DNA of 64,000 nucleotides from Candidatus Omnitrophota bacterium (GTDB lineage Bacteria; Omnitrophota; Gorgyraeia; B26-G9). Below, one piece after another: positions 30,101-34,000 of the stretch. The stretch's first letter is position 1. Each line of letters opens with the position of its first letter. A program made the position numbers and the translations under genes. The notes below the pieces were generated by a model. It worked only from the letters and a program-made list of their open reading frames with translations, made no database searches and was not told the origin of the DNA. Location: the NCBI GenBank assembly GCA_043826565.1, contig JBDRPX010000004.1, positions 103,604 through 167,603 of the forward strand. The letters run 5' to 3'.

Positions 30101-33013
30101 AGCGGCACGACTTATCCGAACGTGATTAACGCGTCTGCTCCAAATGGTGCCGGTGGTGCGGGAAGTTACAGCTATGCCTGGACCATTCCGGATGATATTT
30201 CACAAACAGTTCGGGTAAAAGTTGAAGATCCTAATGACAATACCGTGTTTGATATTTCTAATGCTAATTTGAAGATCCGGGGTAATCTGACTTTGACTTC
30301 TCCGAGTGGAGGAGAACGCTGGGTAACCAGAGAAGATAGAAATATTACCTGGACTACAGTTGGTTCTATTGCGAATGTAAGGCTAGAATATTCTATCAAT
30401 AGCGGAGCAACCTATCCGTTTGTAATCGCGGTTTCCACGATAAACGCTGATTTTTACACTTGGTCAGTTCCGGATAACCGTTATCCTACAGTAAGAGTCA
30501 GACTTGAAGACGCCAGCGATGATACAGTAGCTGATGAATCAAATGCTGATTTTACGATTGATTACTACTCAGTTACCTGGGAACTTCGTGATTTGTTGAC
30601 CAATGAACATATTAGTCAGCTTGTAGTCGATGGTAGTTCAACTAAAGGTGATGGATGGGCAACTGACAATATGCCGGGTAATCCGGGTGTGCCGCTTGGT
30701 TCTCCGGTAACGGTGGAATTGCCGTATGGTTTGTGGACCATGGTCTGGACATGTGTAGGGTATGGTGATAAGCAGTATACGTTTGAGCTTAATGCTGATA
30801 AGGTATTAGATCCGCTGTATATGGAAACTACGGTAATCCATATCTGGCGTGCATATTCAGAGTTTACCTATGAAACAGGAACCGATACTTTGAAAGTGAC
30901 TTCCTGGCTGGAACGTGACGGATATGTAGTATCAGGTGCGGAACATGTGGATCTGTTTATTTATGAGGAAACCGGTGATTTGATCAACCGGGTCACTCGT
31001 AACTACATAGATAAAGATGGTGTGCCGCAGACTGTAAATTGTACGATGACTTCCTCAACTCCGAACACTGCGGGATTTTTCAACCTTAATTGGGCAAGTT
31101 GCGGTTTGCAGGATCAGAAAGTATATTCAGTAGTAACGTATATTACCAATGCCAGCGGCGCGCTGTTTAAAACGCCAACATCGTTCAGTATTACTGCGAC
31201 TAAGCAGTTGAAAGAAACGCAGGATGCAATGACAACTTTGACCGGAACGACATTCCCGGGTTTCCAGACATCAATTGAAAATACGATCAATACAGCCACG
31301 GCCCAGCAGACGGCAACGATCAATGCCGCTACAGCAGCCCAAAAGCAAACTTTAGAAACCGGTATTGATGAGCAGAAGACAATGATTGAGACTAAGATGA
31401 ACCAGCAGACAGAATTGATCGATACAAAGACCGATGAAATGCAGGCATCCATGGATGCGACGCTGACTAGTTTTGAAGAAAGAACCGATGAAACTGTTAA
31501 GCAGCTGCAGACTGGTGCGGATACGGCAATTAAGGCCGGTCAGGAACTCGAAGCAACGGCTAAACGTCAGTCCGGTGAATTAATCCTGCCGAATACTGTA
31601 TTGGCTGGTGATAGAGTAGAAATCCGCTATCGTAACGATTCCCGGCTGATGCCGTTAATGGATATTATCACTTATGACGGAACCTTGGTTTACAATGCTC
31701 AGCCGTTGATGGAGTCTGCGACAACTGCCGGTTTGTATGGGTTTGACCTTCTTGCCGATGGAAAAACATTCAAGTCGGGAAAAGCGGTTACCGTAGTGGT
31801 AAGAGAAATTAAAACAGGGAATTTGGAAGCCGGATCATTCATGGTAGAGGCAACATCATTAACATCGATTGAAGGTCTGCTGGCAATGAATCCGCAGATG
31901 AAATCCGATGTGCAGGAAGCTTTGAGTTCTATTCAGTCGGTTCAGGGTTCCTTGGCTACCGGCGGTGATGTGGGTAAGGCCTTGAATCAATTACAGCAGA
32001 CAATGGATGATCTGCCGGCTATCCTTGCCGATGAAGTATTCTCCGAAGGCACTGCCGGCGGTGAGATGGTTACTAATATCAATGCCATGGTCGAAAAATT
32101 GATCGGCTTAGCTAGTGAAGAAGGCTATGACATAAGCGGACTGGTAGAAGATGCTTTAAGTAATTCGCCGACGATTAAGGAGATCAGAGAGAAGACAGAA
32201 AAGATCAAGAGCGCGGTTAAATTCCTGCAGGCTTTGTTTGAGCATAAATTCGGCGGTATGGAAGATGAGCCGATTGTTTCGACATCAATGTCCAGCGGCA
32301 GCATCATCCTGAATGTTGTGGCGGCTAATCCGTCCAGCGCGAAACCGCAAAATACAAAAGTAAAAGTATATCTGCCGCAGGAGGTAACGCCTAAAGATAT
32401 TATGGATACCGGCGGATTAGATGTGGAATTTGATGCGACTAAATCTATCTACTATGTATACAAAGATAATATACAACTTGCAGAAAAAGAAATAAGAGTG
32501 TATAAAGTAGAAATAGAAGATATCTGGATGATTTCGCAGTCGACACTTGATATCCTGAAACTAAGATCCGTGAAGTTAGCAGAAGCTTTTGCTAAGACCG
32601 AACATGCCGAACAGATAAGTGAATTAGCAGACCGGATTGCTTCTCAGTTAGAGGATATTAGTGTATCGCAGGCAGATGCTAATGTCAGCAGAGAGCGCCA
32701 TATCGGGATCTATCGTACCAATATGCAGACAATTGAAAGCATAAAGGAAGAACTTACCGATATGGAAAAACTCTCTGTTCAGAAACCGGGAGAAGTCGGA
32801 GCACTGACAAAGTCGATGACGGTGAAGATCATTCTGACGGTAATAGTGTTTATCGCCTTATTGGCCGGTGTATTCTTCTTTACCTGGAATAGAGCCGCGA
32901 GCGCGACAAAAGGGACTTTAGATAAAGCGAAACAGTTTTCTTTCCCCGGAGGTGAAGAGGAGGCTGAAGACGCAGATTCCGACAGAGAAGTTAAAAAGAA
33001 AAAAAGAAAATAG
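6194..33013 (+). CDS. Giant (8939 aa) exported, C-terminally membrane-anchored Ig-like repeat protein (putative adhesin/surface filament)
   Basis: Uninterrupted ORF with GAGG RBS; signal peptide ...DDAKA|FQ; ~385-aa unique N-domain; ~80 repeats of ~95 aa; unique C-terminal beta and helical domains; TM helix IILTVIVFIALLAGVFFFTW; tail ending KKKKRK. Confidence 0.93.
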   Translation: MKMKRSIVVMMCMVVFFTIHFAGIDDAKAFQIKRVIRGSYSQAIDEEVTVVDLTSLLGGVNLVPAKTILFYTIDLDDEDAEETFTNVALDSPSDLLISRFTSGTGLTVNYELVEFVSGVKVMRGLTTVPETATIKTVTLPQSIIVNKSYVTVNSNAVRGSNLNEELNTFAAEIVDETTVRFTRTVTTSRFNNTLAYQVVCFEGLDGLGDDVVSVQKGIDILPSPAGGMSLTVGINSVQTDKSLLIFSSRPDTLADGDEDIMCVEGILNDAGGGMSDAILFNRQENNNDDVTLYWFVITFSNETFVQSKTQTFISNSNPNFTIDTAIVPSRSFIQASVSITGGGTSGKEETTHALYITNPTTIDTQCSTTSAYTVKLSWFVTEMPPLEVTYPNGEEIFEVGTTENITWNHSDDVLNTDSMSIDLSINSGSTYPLNVITGVDPTLDTYAWNIPAEISSTGIIGNTIRVKITDTTISARNFDTSDADFIIKGRLIIDQPPDTWRLGETQNITWDVHGSLNSLPTNTMTIMLSTDGGGSFAHTVSAVADPGAGQSDGSAGSGSYGWTIPSDMDGENLIGTDNQIKLILNYDPDAPKTTVTSTSSNFVLKGRIFNVSPASDETWFLGETKSITWDKNGHFGAGIAEGTVDVYYSSNGGLSYGTIVAVSQPAGTDGSGGSYNWTIPNNTPLENPDSKIKVFQTTDTSVYGESANFSLISSLLLDIPSGTGILWKVGTAHDIEWTTAGSVSMVDLLYDSGSGYVLITPAAGIANADVYNWTIPDAISNSVKVKVQDHDNTNIYDESDNLFSIKGSISVTEPHATEITQVSINKVIQWNTTGSVAGTVNIRLSQNGGSSYGSIINSVDVSSGSYSWAPVAGDMGTNNVIKVGLQGDEDPGTGTAGETGVFAVEASIDLTYPDASGLTYGIGDEVYIKWTSNPAAFGNVNIRYSTDGGSNYNGFIADGVASNNVPGGETEIGYKWTIQDVVGMVSPTCRVKVYQVGKLAQVYSESQYDFNVKGTLNLTAPDGGETWYVDQFESITWTKGGDLGTLKLAYSINGGSDGYPATIATSIDADDLSYPWQIPDAIGTQLKVKAIQETDTTTNDVSVGVFTIKGRFSISAPVGGETWYVGTQENIGWTTYGTIDKVNLYYSTDGGGTFGSTIATNLTNAEGYLWTIPDAIDNDIRVRVESFYDNTVAHESTGNFTIKGRVFVTAPNGPEEWRVGATENITWTVYGAIGNVEIRYSTNSGASYDTVIVASTPALNQTYAWTNIPDEIGTSLKVKITSISDGTVNDESDADFELKGVLTLTAPNGAQIWNVGNSENITWTKQGTLGNVELRFSTDSGVTFPVGNVIATGVAATATPHPWTIPDKIGDKLRVRVMLLNDPTNVYDDSDNDFEIKGKLTLTAPNGPEEWGVGTSQAITWARFGSIANVKLEYSTDGGNTFPNTITDSTSASAQTYNWTIPDAIGTSLQVKISDASDGAVSDTSDASFEIKGRLILLHPNGAETLAVNQPYTIDWTTYGTINKVNLYYSINGGSSYDANIVLALNNTGSYGWTIPDAIGSQLRVKINNDDDTTVEDVSNGDFTIKGSVTLTAPNGGQTWIVDDSQNISWSKQGSIGTVQLDYSTNGGTSYDFSIAAGVASGDLSKAWTIPNAISNNVKVKITQESDTSVNDESNAAFEIKGSILVTAPNGAESWSIGGTEDITWIRHGSIGNIQILYSTDSGSTYPFTVTGSTDSSTQTYSWVNIADTPSTTCRVKMTSLSDSSVTDDSNSNFRIRANITLTAPNGLEEWIVGTTENITWTKTGSIPNVALEYSLNSGSTYPKAIVTTSGEALSYTWTIPDDISGLVRVQIRNTSDATVSDTSNADFSIKGSVTMESPDGGEVYVVGSAYDIEWSYVGSIPNVKLEYSINGGSTFPYEIIASTPAVALAYSWTVPDTITGQLVVKVSDAVDSTVDDDSDAYAKIRGSLTITSPNGTESWIIDDIHAVTWTRTGSLGNAKLEYSTDAGATYPNVIIGTIATNLLTHNWTVPDDPSIQVKVKITSLDDSTVTDSSNANFTIKGSLNLTAPDGPETWIVGTTEAITWTKLGSLNLVTLEYSTNGGTTYPNVINNSVSAAALSYNWLIPDVIGTQLRVRITSNDNASVTDVSAANFEIKGSVTLTAPNGSEIWFVGESRNITWTHNGAIGNVSLKYSTDGGSTYPTTITTGVAATNLTYGWTVPDNIGTQLRVEITSVNDSAVTDESNNNFTIKGILLLTSPNGTEEWIVGSSHNITWNRTGSIANVKLEYSTDGGTSYPNEIIASTDAAAGSYGWTIPDSIDTDIRVRVSDALDSSVNDSSNANFTIKGSVTLTAPNGAENWVVASHENITWTKTGTIPTVELRYSLNGGTSYDTVINATVTGSNLTYDWTIPDDISATVKLKITNNNDSTVYDTSNANFKIIGNLVVVAPNGTEEWVVGTSENITWTRTGSIANVKIDYSINSGSTYPNAVVASTGAAGLSYGWTIPNSVYKTIRVRVADASDVNVYDVSNADFTIMPGFQITAPNGSEVWTVANSEDITWITTGSCTNVKLGYSTNSGSTYTDIIASTPNTETYGWTIPDDLSISCKVKVTDVDNANAQDETNGLFKIRGNLTITVPNGAESWDVADVENITWTRFGSIAAAKLELSKDGGSTYPVLIIASTDASLLTYAWTIPDQLTTQGRIKITNTADSTVYDVSNANFAIKGAVTLAAPNGGQDLVVGSAYNITWTRFGSILNVKLEYSTNGGTTYPNLIIAATDATTETYGWGIPDAIGSQLRVRITDVDNSLVSDTSDANFSIKGALELTAPVGGEIWFVNNIEAITWTRTGSIANVKLEYSTDGGSTYPNTIAATVTASLQTYAWTIPDAIGSQLRVKITDTSNATVTDESGSNFYIKGKLTLSAPNGGQTWVVGELRNITWVRTGSIANVKLDYSTDAGTTYPNAIIASTDASTGTYGWTVADAIGTSLKVRVEDATDNTVSDVSDLVFEIKGSLVLTAPNGGQSWVVDTSENITWTKTGTIPLVTLEYSVNGGSSYDTVINNSVTGSDLTYAWTIPDSIGATVKVRITNNDDGTVYDTSNANFKIIGALAVTAPNGTEEWVVGTSENITWTRTGSIANVKIDYSINSGATYPNAVVASTGAAGLSYSWTIPNSVYKTIRVKVADASDVNVYDVSNADFTIMPGFAITAPNGGEVWSVSDSEDITWITTGSCTNVKLEYSTNSGSTYTDIIASTPNTETYGWTIPDNLSISCKVRISDVDNPNAIDTTDGLFKIRGALTLTSPNGFESWDVASVHNITWARFGSVANVKLELSKNSGSTYPVLIIGSTDASILSYSWTIPDQLTTQGRVKITDTSDSTVFDSSNDDFGIKGAVTLTAPNGGQDLVVGSAYNITWTRFGSVLNVKLEYSTNGGTTYPNLIIAATDATTGTYGWGIPDEIGSQLRVKITDAANSLVFDTSDANFSIKGNLLLNTPNGGDIWFVNNIENITWTRTGSIANVKLEYSTNGGSTYPNTIAATVTASLQTYAWTIPDAIGSQLRVKITDTSNSTVTDESNADFYIKGKLVVNVPNGGQTWIVGESRNITWTRTGSIANVKLDYSTDAGTTYPNVIIASTDASTGTYSWTVPDAIGANLKVRVEDATDNTVVDVSDAVFEIKGSLTLTAPNGGQSWVVDTSENITWTKTGTIANVELRYSIDGGTGYDYVIIASTPGANLTYAWTIPDDIGATVKVKVTDVSDSSVYDTSNANFKIVGALAVTAPNGTEEWVVGTSENITWTRTGSITNVKIDYSINSGATYPNAVVASTGAAGLSYSWTIPNSVYKTVRVRVADASDVNIYDVSDANFTIMPSFAITAPNGGEVWDVASSRDIEWTTTGDCTNVKLEYSVNSGSTYTDIIALTPNTEIYSWTIPDNLSISCKIRISDVDNTNAIDTTDGLFKIRGALTLTAPNGFESWDVADVENITWTRFGSVANVKLELSKDSGSTYPVMIIASTDASLLTYAWTIPDELTTTGRVKITSTADSTVLDSSNNNFAIKGSLLLTAPNGAEELVVGNAFNVTWNRFGSIMSVKLEYSTNSGTTYPNLIIAATDATTGTYGWGVPDDLSITVRVKVSDVDNALVYDTSDANFIIKGSLTLTAPNGGNIWFVNDVQNITWTKTGSIANVKLEYSTDAGSTYPNTIAATVDAALGTPYAWTIPDAIGSQLMVKVTDTSNATVTDVSNGTFYIKGKLVLNAPNGGQVWVVGESRSITWTRTGSISNVKLDYSTDGGTTYPNAIIASTDASTGTYGWTVADAIGASLKVRVSDAADSTVNDVSDAVFEIKGSILLTAPNGSEVWEVNSVQNITWTKTGTIPTVELRYSKNAGTSYDYIINASVSGAALTYAWTVPDEIGATTRVRITNNDDTSVYDTSNSNFKIVGVLVVTSPNGGQEWVVGTSQNITWTRTGSIANVKIDYSINSGSTFPLAVVASTPAAGLNYAWTIPNSVYKTIRIRVADASDVSVYDDSNADFTIMPAFNITAPDGGEVWDVASSQDITWATTGSCTNVKLEYSVNSGSTYNEIIASTPNTELYAWTIPDNLSISCKIRITDVDNPNAQDATTGLFKIRGALTLTAPNGFESWDVASVHNITWTRFGSVANVKLELSKDSGSTYPIMIIASTDASLLTYAWTIPDELTTTGRVKISSTADSSVLDSSNNDFAIKGAVTVTAPNGGQDLVVGSAYNITWTRFGSIMNVKLEYSTNSGTTYPNLIIAATDATTGTYGWGVPDDLSTTVRIKVTDAGNALVFDSSDADFTIKGSLTLTAPNGGNIWFVNDVQNITWTKTGSIPTVKLEYSIDGGSTYPNMIAATVDAALGTPYAWTIPDAIGSQLMVKVTDTSNSSVTDVSNSTFYIKGKLTLTAPNGGQTWIVGESRSITWSRIGSIANVKIDYSTDSGTTFPNAIVASTDASTGTYSWTVADAISTTLKIRVSDASDSTVYDDSNADFEIKGSLTLTVPNGSEVWTVNSVQNITWTKTGTISNVELRYSKDGGSAYDYVIIGSTPGADLSYAWTIPDDICSTTRVKITDVSDAAVYDNSNSNFKIVGAFGVTTPNGGQEWVVGKTESIVWIRTGSIANARIEYSINSGTAYGNLVIASTPAAGLSYGWTLPNAVYKTIRIKVMDASDISVFDTSDADFTIMPEFTITSPDGGEVWDVNSSEDITWSTTGDCTNVKLEYSVNSGSTYTDIIALTPNTETYAWTIPDNLSISCKIRISDVDNPNAIDTTDGLFKIRGALTLTSPNGFESWDVADIENVTWTRFGSVANVKLELSKDSGSTYPVLIIASTDASLLTYAWTIPDQLTINGRVKVTSTADSTVFDRSDADFAIKGALLLTAPNGGEELEVGVPTTVTWNRFGTILNVKLEYSTDAGLTFPGLIIAATPAGTGSYVWSVPDALSPEVRVKVTDVANSLVFDTSDADLTIKGKLTVGGPNGGEVWFVGESRNITWIRSGSIPTVKLEYSTNGGATYPNMIAPSYDASLLSYSWTVPDAISIQIRVKVTDIANTTVADSSNGDFTIKGSLILTAPNGGEEWVVNAVQNISWNRTGSIPTVKLEYSTDAGSTYPNTIIASTSAATGLYAWTIPDAIGTQLRVRISDTSDATVMDTSNLNFIIRGVLLLTAPNGGEAWQIATSKNITWSRTGSVGFVKLQYSLDGGVTFPTTIIASTDASTGTYAWTIPDNPCTTTKVKISDASDSVVADISDVNFKIIGDLTLTTPVGTEQWVIGGPQRKISWTMVGSIANVKLEYSINSGASYDYLINASTPAGALEYYWTIPDTATTTARVKITDASDISVGDTSPADFSIQADFTITAPNGAEVWIVGDSEDITWGTVGSVGNVKLAYSTDGGATYPNVIIASIGNTGTYGWTIPDALSATVRVKVSDVNDAQAFDDSDVNFKIRGDLVLTAPNGGETWIVASSHNVTWTRLGSIPTVKLEYSINGGLTYPNSIIASIAASLGTHNWTIPDNISNQVRVKVTDTSDSTVYDESNSNMFIKGSLTLTVPNGAEEWVVGTGENITWARVGSIANVKLEYSTNSGGTYPNTIIASTDASTGSYAWPIPDVLSTTLRVRVSDVTDVAVNDTSNANFMIKGDLELNSPNGGEIWYVGQSRSVTWTRTGSIASVKLEYSTDSGTTFPNTIISSTDASTGTYAWSVPDAISENLRVRVTDTSNATVFDDSNLDFTVKGVLLLNAPNGGETWVVAASQNITWTPTGTISNVKLEYSTDGGNTYPNTIIASTPGMVGTYAWTVADSIGANAKVRVSDAADASVYDVSNATFTIKGSLVVTSPNGAEVWGVATAHNITWSRTGSISTVKIEYSTDGGSTYPNTIAATADAATGSYGWTIPDDISSQVRVKITDNSDATVFDASNVNFKIVGILDLISPDGGEMWEVNTNHNITWTRVGSIANVRLDYSVNSGATYPNAIVASTPAGALSFTWTIPDAVSKTVRVRIADALDINVFDASTADMTIMAQFNITAPDGGEVWTVASSHDITWGTTGTVTTVVLDYSTDGGATYPNNITGSAANTGSFPWTIPDAISSQVKVRVSDYNNVDASGASDANFKIRGGVTVTSPNGSESWMVGNSQNITWSIIGSIANVKLEYSTDGGATYPFTIIGSVDATSGTYAWIIPDNISTSARVKVTDATDSTVYDTSNNNFIIRGGLIVNIPNGAEDWQIESVQNITWMRTGSIQNIKIEYSTNGGSTYPNVIVNSFDASLATYPWMIPDTITNLARVRITDVDNAAVYDTSDNNFKIKGALVVNTPNGAEVWEVTTSHAITWSRTGSISNIRLDYSTDSGATFPNAIAASLNAALGTYAWTIPDNISSAVRVRATNISDALVYDDSDADFKIVGQLLLSSPDGGEVWPVGSSQSVIWSPIGSIVNVKLDLSTNGGVSFPTVIAASLTASDGSYNWTVPDTISQTARIKVSDVSEPSIVFDTSDGNFKIRGDLLLTSPNGSEVWLINSNHNITWTRFGSITNARLEYSKDSGTTFPNLIVGSVDASLQTYNWLTPDDAGIQLRVRVSDAADSTVYDISDGNFIIRGGFSLTAPNGAERWAVGTEHDITWSTFGTIVNVRLTYSSNNGSTWTSIIGSTPNTDMYPWTIPDRISSQCLVKVADVVDADANDQSDAVFTIHGALTVTAPNGGEAWQVASGKTITWTRTGAVVNVKLEYSTNGGSTYPNLIVASTSGAAGTYAWTVPDAITDSVRVRISDADDALVIDTSDGNFKIVAGFSITAPNGGETLVVAASENITWTTLGTVGNVRLDYSTNAGTSWTIITATTINAETYPWTVPDAISEQCRVRVMDVTDSSAFDISNNNFKIRGNLTLTSPNGGEEWAVGTNQLITWSRVGSISTVMLEYSDNAGGIYVPITNNALNTGSYSWAVPDAITTQALVRITNVADLSVTDVSDGQFKIQGSFTLTSPNGGEAWFVGSSQNINWTWNGTVPFIKLELSTNGGSTYNLVSDNVANIGTYAWTIPDQVSGTCRIMISDATDADANDTSNGNFRIRCKFTIANPNGSEQWRVGQTRAINWSNVGTSSTVNLAYSRDGFGADSQTIATGIVNAGTHNWTIPDSISETVRVRVSDPTDAGAYDDSNNDFRITGDFTVTSPNGGEMWDVNSAHDITWTWQGTMPQVRIEYSTDGGASYPNIITATDNDGTYEWTVPDSITAQMRVRVSDLADLTAADNSNSNAKIKAQFLLIEPNGGEIFTVSDTTDITWTSVGTVPNVNLQYSTNGFITPVSIISATANDGSYTWTIPDAISTNVTVRVMSSTDNDAYDISNAAFKIQGDLAITAPNGGEQWAINQVNNITWNTTGSIANVQILYSINSGVSYPYSITASVANTNSYGWTVPDTATANARIRIIDVADATISDDSDANFRIQGYFSVTSPNGAESWIVNDVHNITWNWGGTLPFVHLSYSTDSGTTYPNVINASAPNGAGGAGSYSYAWTIPDDISQTVRVKVEDPNDNTVFDISNANLKIRGNLTLTSPSGGERWVTREDRNITWTTVGSIANVRLEYSINSGATYPFVIAVSTINADFYTWSVPDNRYPTVRVRLEDASDDTVADESNADFTIDYYSVTWELRDLLTNEHISQLVVDGSSTKGDGWATDNMPGNPGVPLGSPVTVELPYGLWTMVWTCVGYGDKQYTFELNADKVLDPLYMETTVIHIWRAYSEFTYETGTDTLKVTSWLERDGYVVSGAEHVDLFIYEETGDLINRVTRNYIDKDGVPQTVNCTMTSSTPNTAGFFNLNWASCGLQDQKVYSVVTYITNASGALFKTPTSFSITATKQLKETQDAMTTLTGTTFPGFQTSIENTINTATAQQTATINAATAAQKQTLETGIDEQKTMIETKMNQQTELIDTKTDEMQASMDATLTSFEERTDETVKQLQTGADTAIKAGQELEATAKRQSGELILPNTVLAGDRVEIRYRNDSRLMPLMDIITYDGTLVYNAQPLMESATTAGLYGFDLLADGKTFKSGKAVTVVVREIKTGNLEAGSFMVEATSLTSIEGLLAMNPQMKSDVQEALSSIQSVQGSLATGGDVGKALNQLQQTMDDLPAILADEVFSEGTAGGEMVTNINAMVEKLIGLASEEGYDISGLVEDALSNSPTIKEIREKTEKIKSAVKFLQALFEHKFGGMEDEPIVSTSMSSGSIILNVVAANPSSAKPQNTKVKVYLPQEVTPKDIMDTGGLDVEFDATKSIYYVYKDNIQLAEKEIRVYKVEIEDIWMISQSTLDILKLRSVKLAEAFAKTEHAEQISELADRIASQLEDISVSQADANVSRERHIGIYRTNMQTIESIKEELTDMEKLSVQKPGEVGALTKSMTVKIILTVIVFIALLAGVFFFTWNRAASATKGTLDKAKQFSFPGGEEEAEDADSDREVKKKKRK
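7345..30565 (+). repeat. Tandem array of ~80 Ig-like ~95-aa (~285 nt) coding repeats with 7-unit higher-order period
   Basis: Consensus LTAPNGGExWxVGxxxNITWTRTGSIxNVKLEYSTxGGxTYPNxIIASTxAxxxxYxWTIPDxIxxxxRVxITDxxDxxVxDxSxxxFxIKG. Equivalent anchor codons at 13799, 15788, 17777, 19769, 21761, 23753, 25745 (period 1989-1992 nt). Confidence 0.9.
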
Positions 33014-33054
33014 GATTTGATGTTAAGCAAGGAGGCGGACCATTGTCAGGATTA

Positions 33055-33190
33055 AGATGGCAGAGGGCAGATGACAGGAGTCAGTATTCAGAAAGTATAG
33101 TTCAGATATTTGGAAGCAAATGTTTGAAAAATATATTCTGTCTACTGGCTTCTTTTTTTCTGACTTCTGTTTTCTGATTTCTGTCTTCCG
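33055..33190. repeat. Degenerate inverted heptamer array (CAGANNN)/(NNNTCTG)
   Basis: cagaggg cagatga caggagt cagtatt cagaaag ... ttctgacttctgttttctgatttctgtcttc. Confidence 0.7.
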
Positions 33191-33198
33191 TAAAAAAT

Positions 33199-33450
33199 AT
33201 GGAAGCAAAATTACTAAGTGTTACTGTTTTAAGTCCGGAGAAGATTGTCTTTAAGGGGAAAGCTAAACGAGTTATCCTTCCGGGAGAAAAAGGAGTTTTT
33301 GAAATCCTGCCTTTTCACAAGCGGCTATTAAGCCGTTTACTTTCCGGAACGGTTATTATTGATGAACTAATGATTTCTATTTATCGCGGAGTAGTGCAGG
33401 TCGGAGAAAACAACGTGATGGTGATCATGGAGAATGAAAGAAAAGAATGA
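33199..33450 (+). CDS. atpC: F-type ATPase epsilon-like subunit (beta-sandwich domain only)
   Basis: LSVTVLSPEKIVFKG...VILPGEKGVFEILPFHKRLLSRL.SG matches the ATP synthase delta/epsilon N-domain; 83 aa, no C-terminal helices. Confidence 0.85.
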   Translation: MEAKLLSVTVLSPEKIVFKGKAKRVILPGEKGVFEILPFHKRLLSRLLSGTVIIDELMISIYRGVVQVGENNVMVIMENERKE

Positions 33451-33454
33451 AAAA

Positions 33455-33539
33455 CAGCGCATAGCGGGCAGCGTTTAGCGGATAGAAAAAGCAAAAAAAT
33501 AATATTAACTATACGCTATCCGCTCTACGCTAAACGCTA
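33455..33539. repeat. Inverted heptamer array (YAGCGNN)4 ... (NNCGCTM)4
   Basis: cagcgca tagcggg cagcgtt tagcgga tag ... cta tacgcta tccgctc tacgcta aacgcta; same architecture as 2289-2379. Confidence 0.9.
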
Positions 33540-33555
33540 TAAACGGAGTGAATTT

Positions 33556-33774
33556 ATGGCCCGGCAAATAATATTACTATTTATTTTCATGCTTTGTATT
33601 TTAGGCCCCTCAGGCGTAATGGCTATTGCCGCTTTTGCCAGTATCTCGGCCCTGGGCCGGAATCCTTCGGCCGCGCCGAAAATTTTTACGGCGATGACAA
33701 TTACCTTAGTTTTTGCGGAAGCGCTGGCAATTGTGGCAATGCTGATAGTTTATCAGCTGTTTATGATGGGGTAA
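33556..33774 (+). CDS. atpE: F-type ATPase c subunit (divergent)
   Basis: Two hydrophobic helices, loop GRNPSA, conserved ion-binding Glu in FAEALAI. Confidence 0.88.
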   Translation: MARQIILLFIFMLCILGPSGVMAIAAFASISALGRNPSAAPKIFTAMTITLVFAEALAIVAMLIVYQLFMMG

Positions 33775-33775
33775 A

Positions 33776-33854
33776 CAGGTCGCAGGTTGCAGGTTTCAAG
33801 ATATACTGTAACAGTCATAGTTTTTGAGACTTGTGACATGAGACTTGAGACATG
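33776..33854. repeat. Inverted heptamer array (CARGTNN)/(NNACWTG)
   Basis: caggtcg caggttg caggttt caag ... ttgagacttgtgacatgagacttgagacatg. Confidence 0.75.
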
Positions 33855-33858
33855 AAGA

Positions 33859-33887
33859 GTGACTTTTTGTGTAATTATAGGTATAAT
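33859..33887 (+). promoter_or_regulatory. Possible internal sigma70 promoter upstream of atpF
   Basis: GTGACT-17 bp-TATAAT. Confidence 0.45.
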
Positions 33888-33906
33888 AAGGACATAAGTA
33901 TAAAAA

Positions 33907-33984
33907 ATGAGAATTGATAATTGAAAATTGTAAAAGCCAGTCAGTGATTTTCCAATATTCAACATTCAATACTCAATTTTCAAA
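33907..33984. repeat. Inverted heptamer array (AATTGAN)/(NTCAAYW)
   Basis: aatgagaattgataattgaaaattgtaaaa ... tttccaatattcaacattcaatactcaattttcaa. Confidence 0.8.
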
Positions 33985-34000
33985 CTCGATGAGGTGATAT

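Noticed and set aside
7345-30565. CRISPR array or diversity-generating retroelement explanation for the repeats
   Set aside because: The repeats are in-frame ~285-nt coding units without spacers; there are no cas genes, no reverse transcriptase and no adenine-specific TR/VR pair visible.
9530-33030. Many short antisense and alternate-frame ORFs inside the giant gene
   Set aside because: They are shadows of the repetitive, codon-biased sense ORF and recur with the repeat period.
33594-33965. Small ORFs near atpE as a hidden subunit a
   Set aside because: They are too short, not multi-TM, and consist of alternate-frame or heptamer-repeat sequence.
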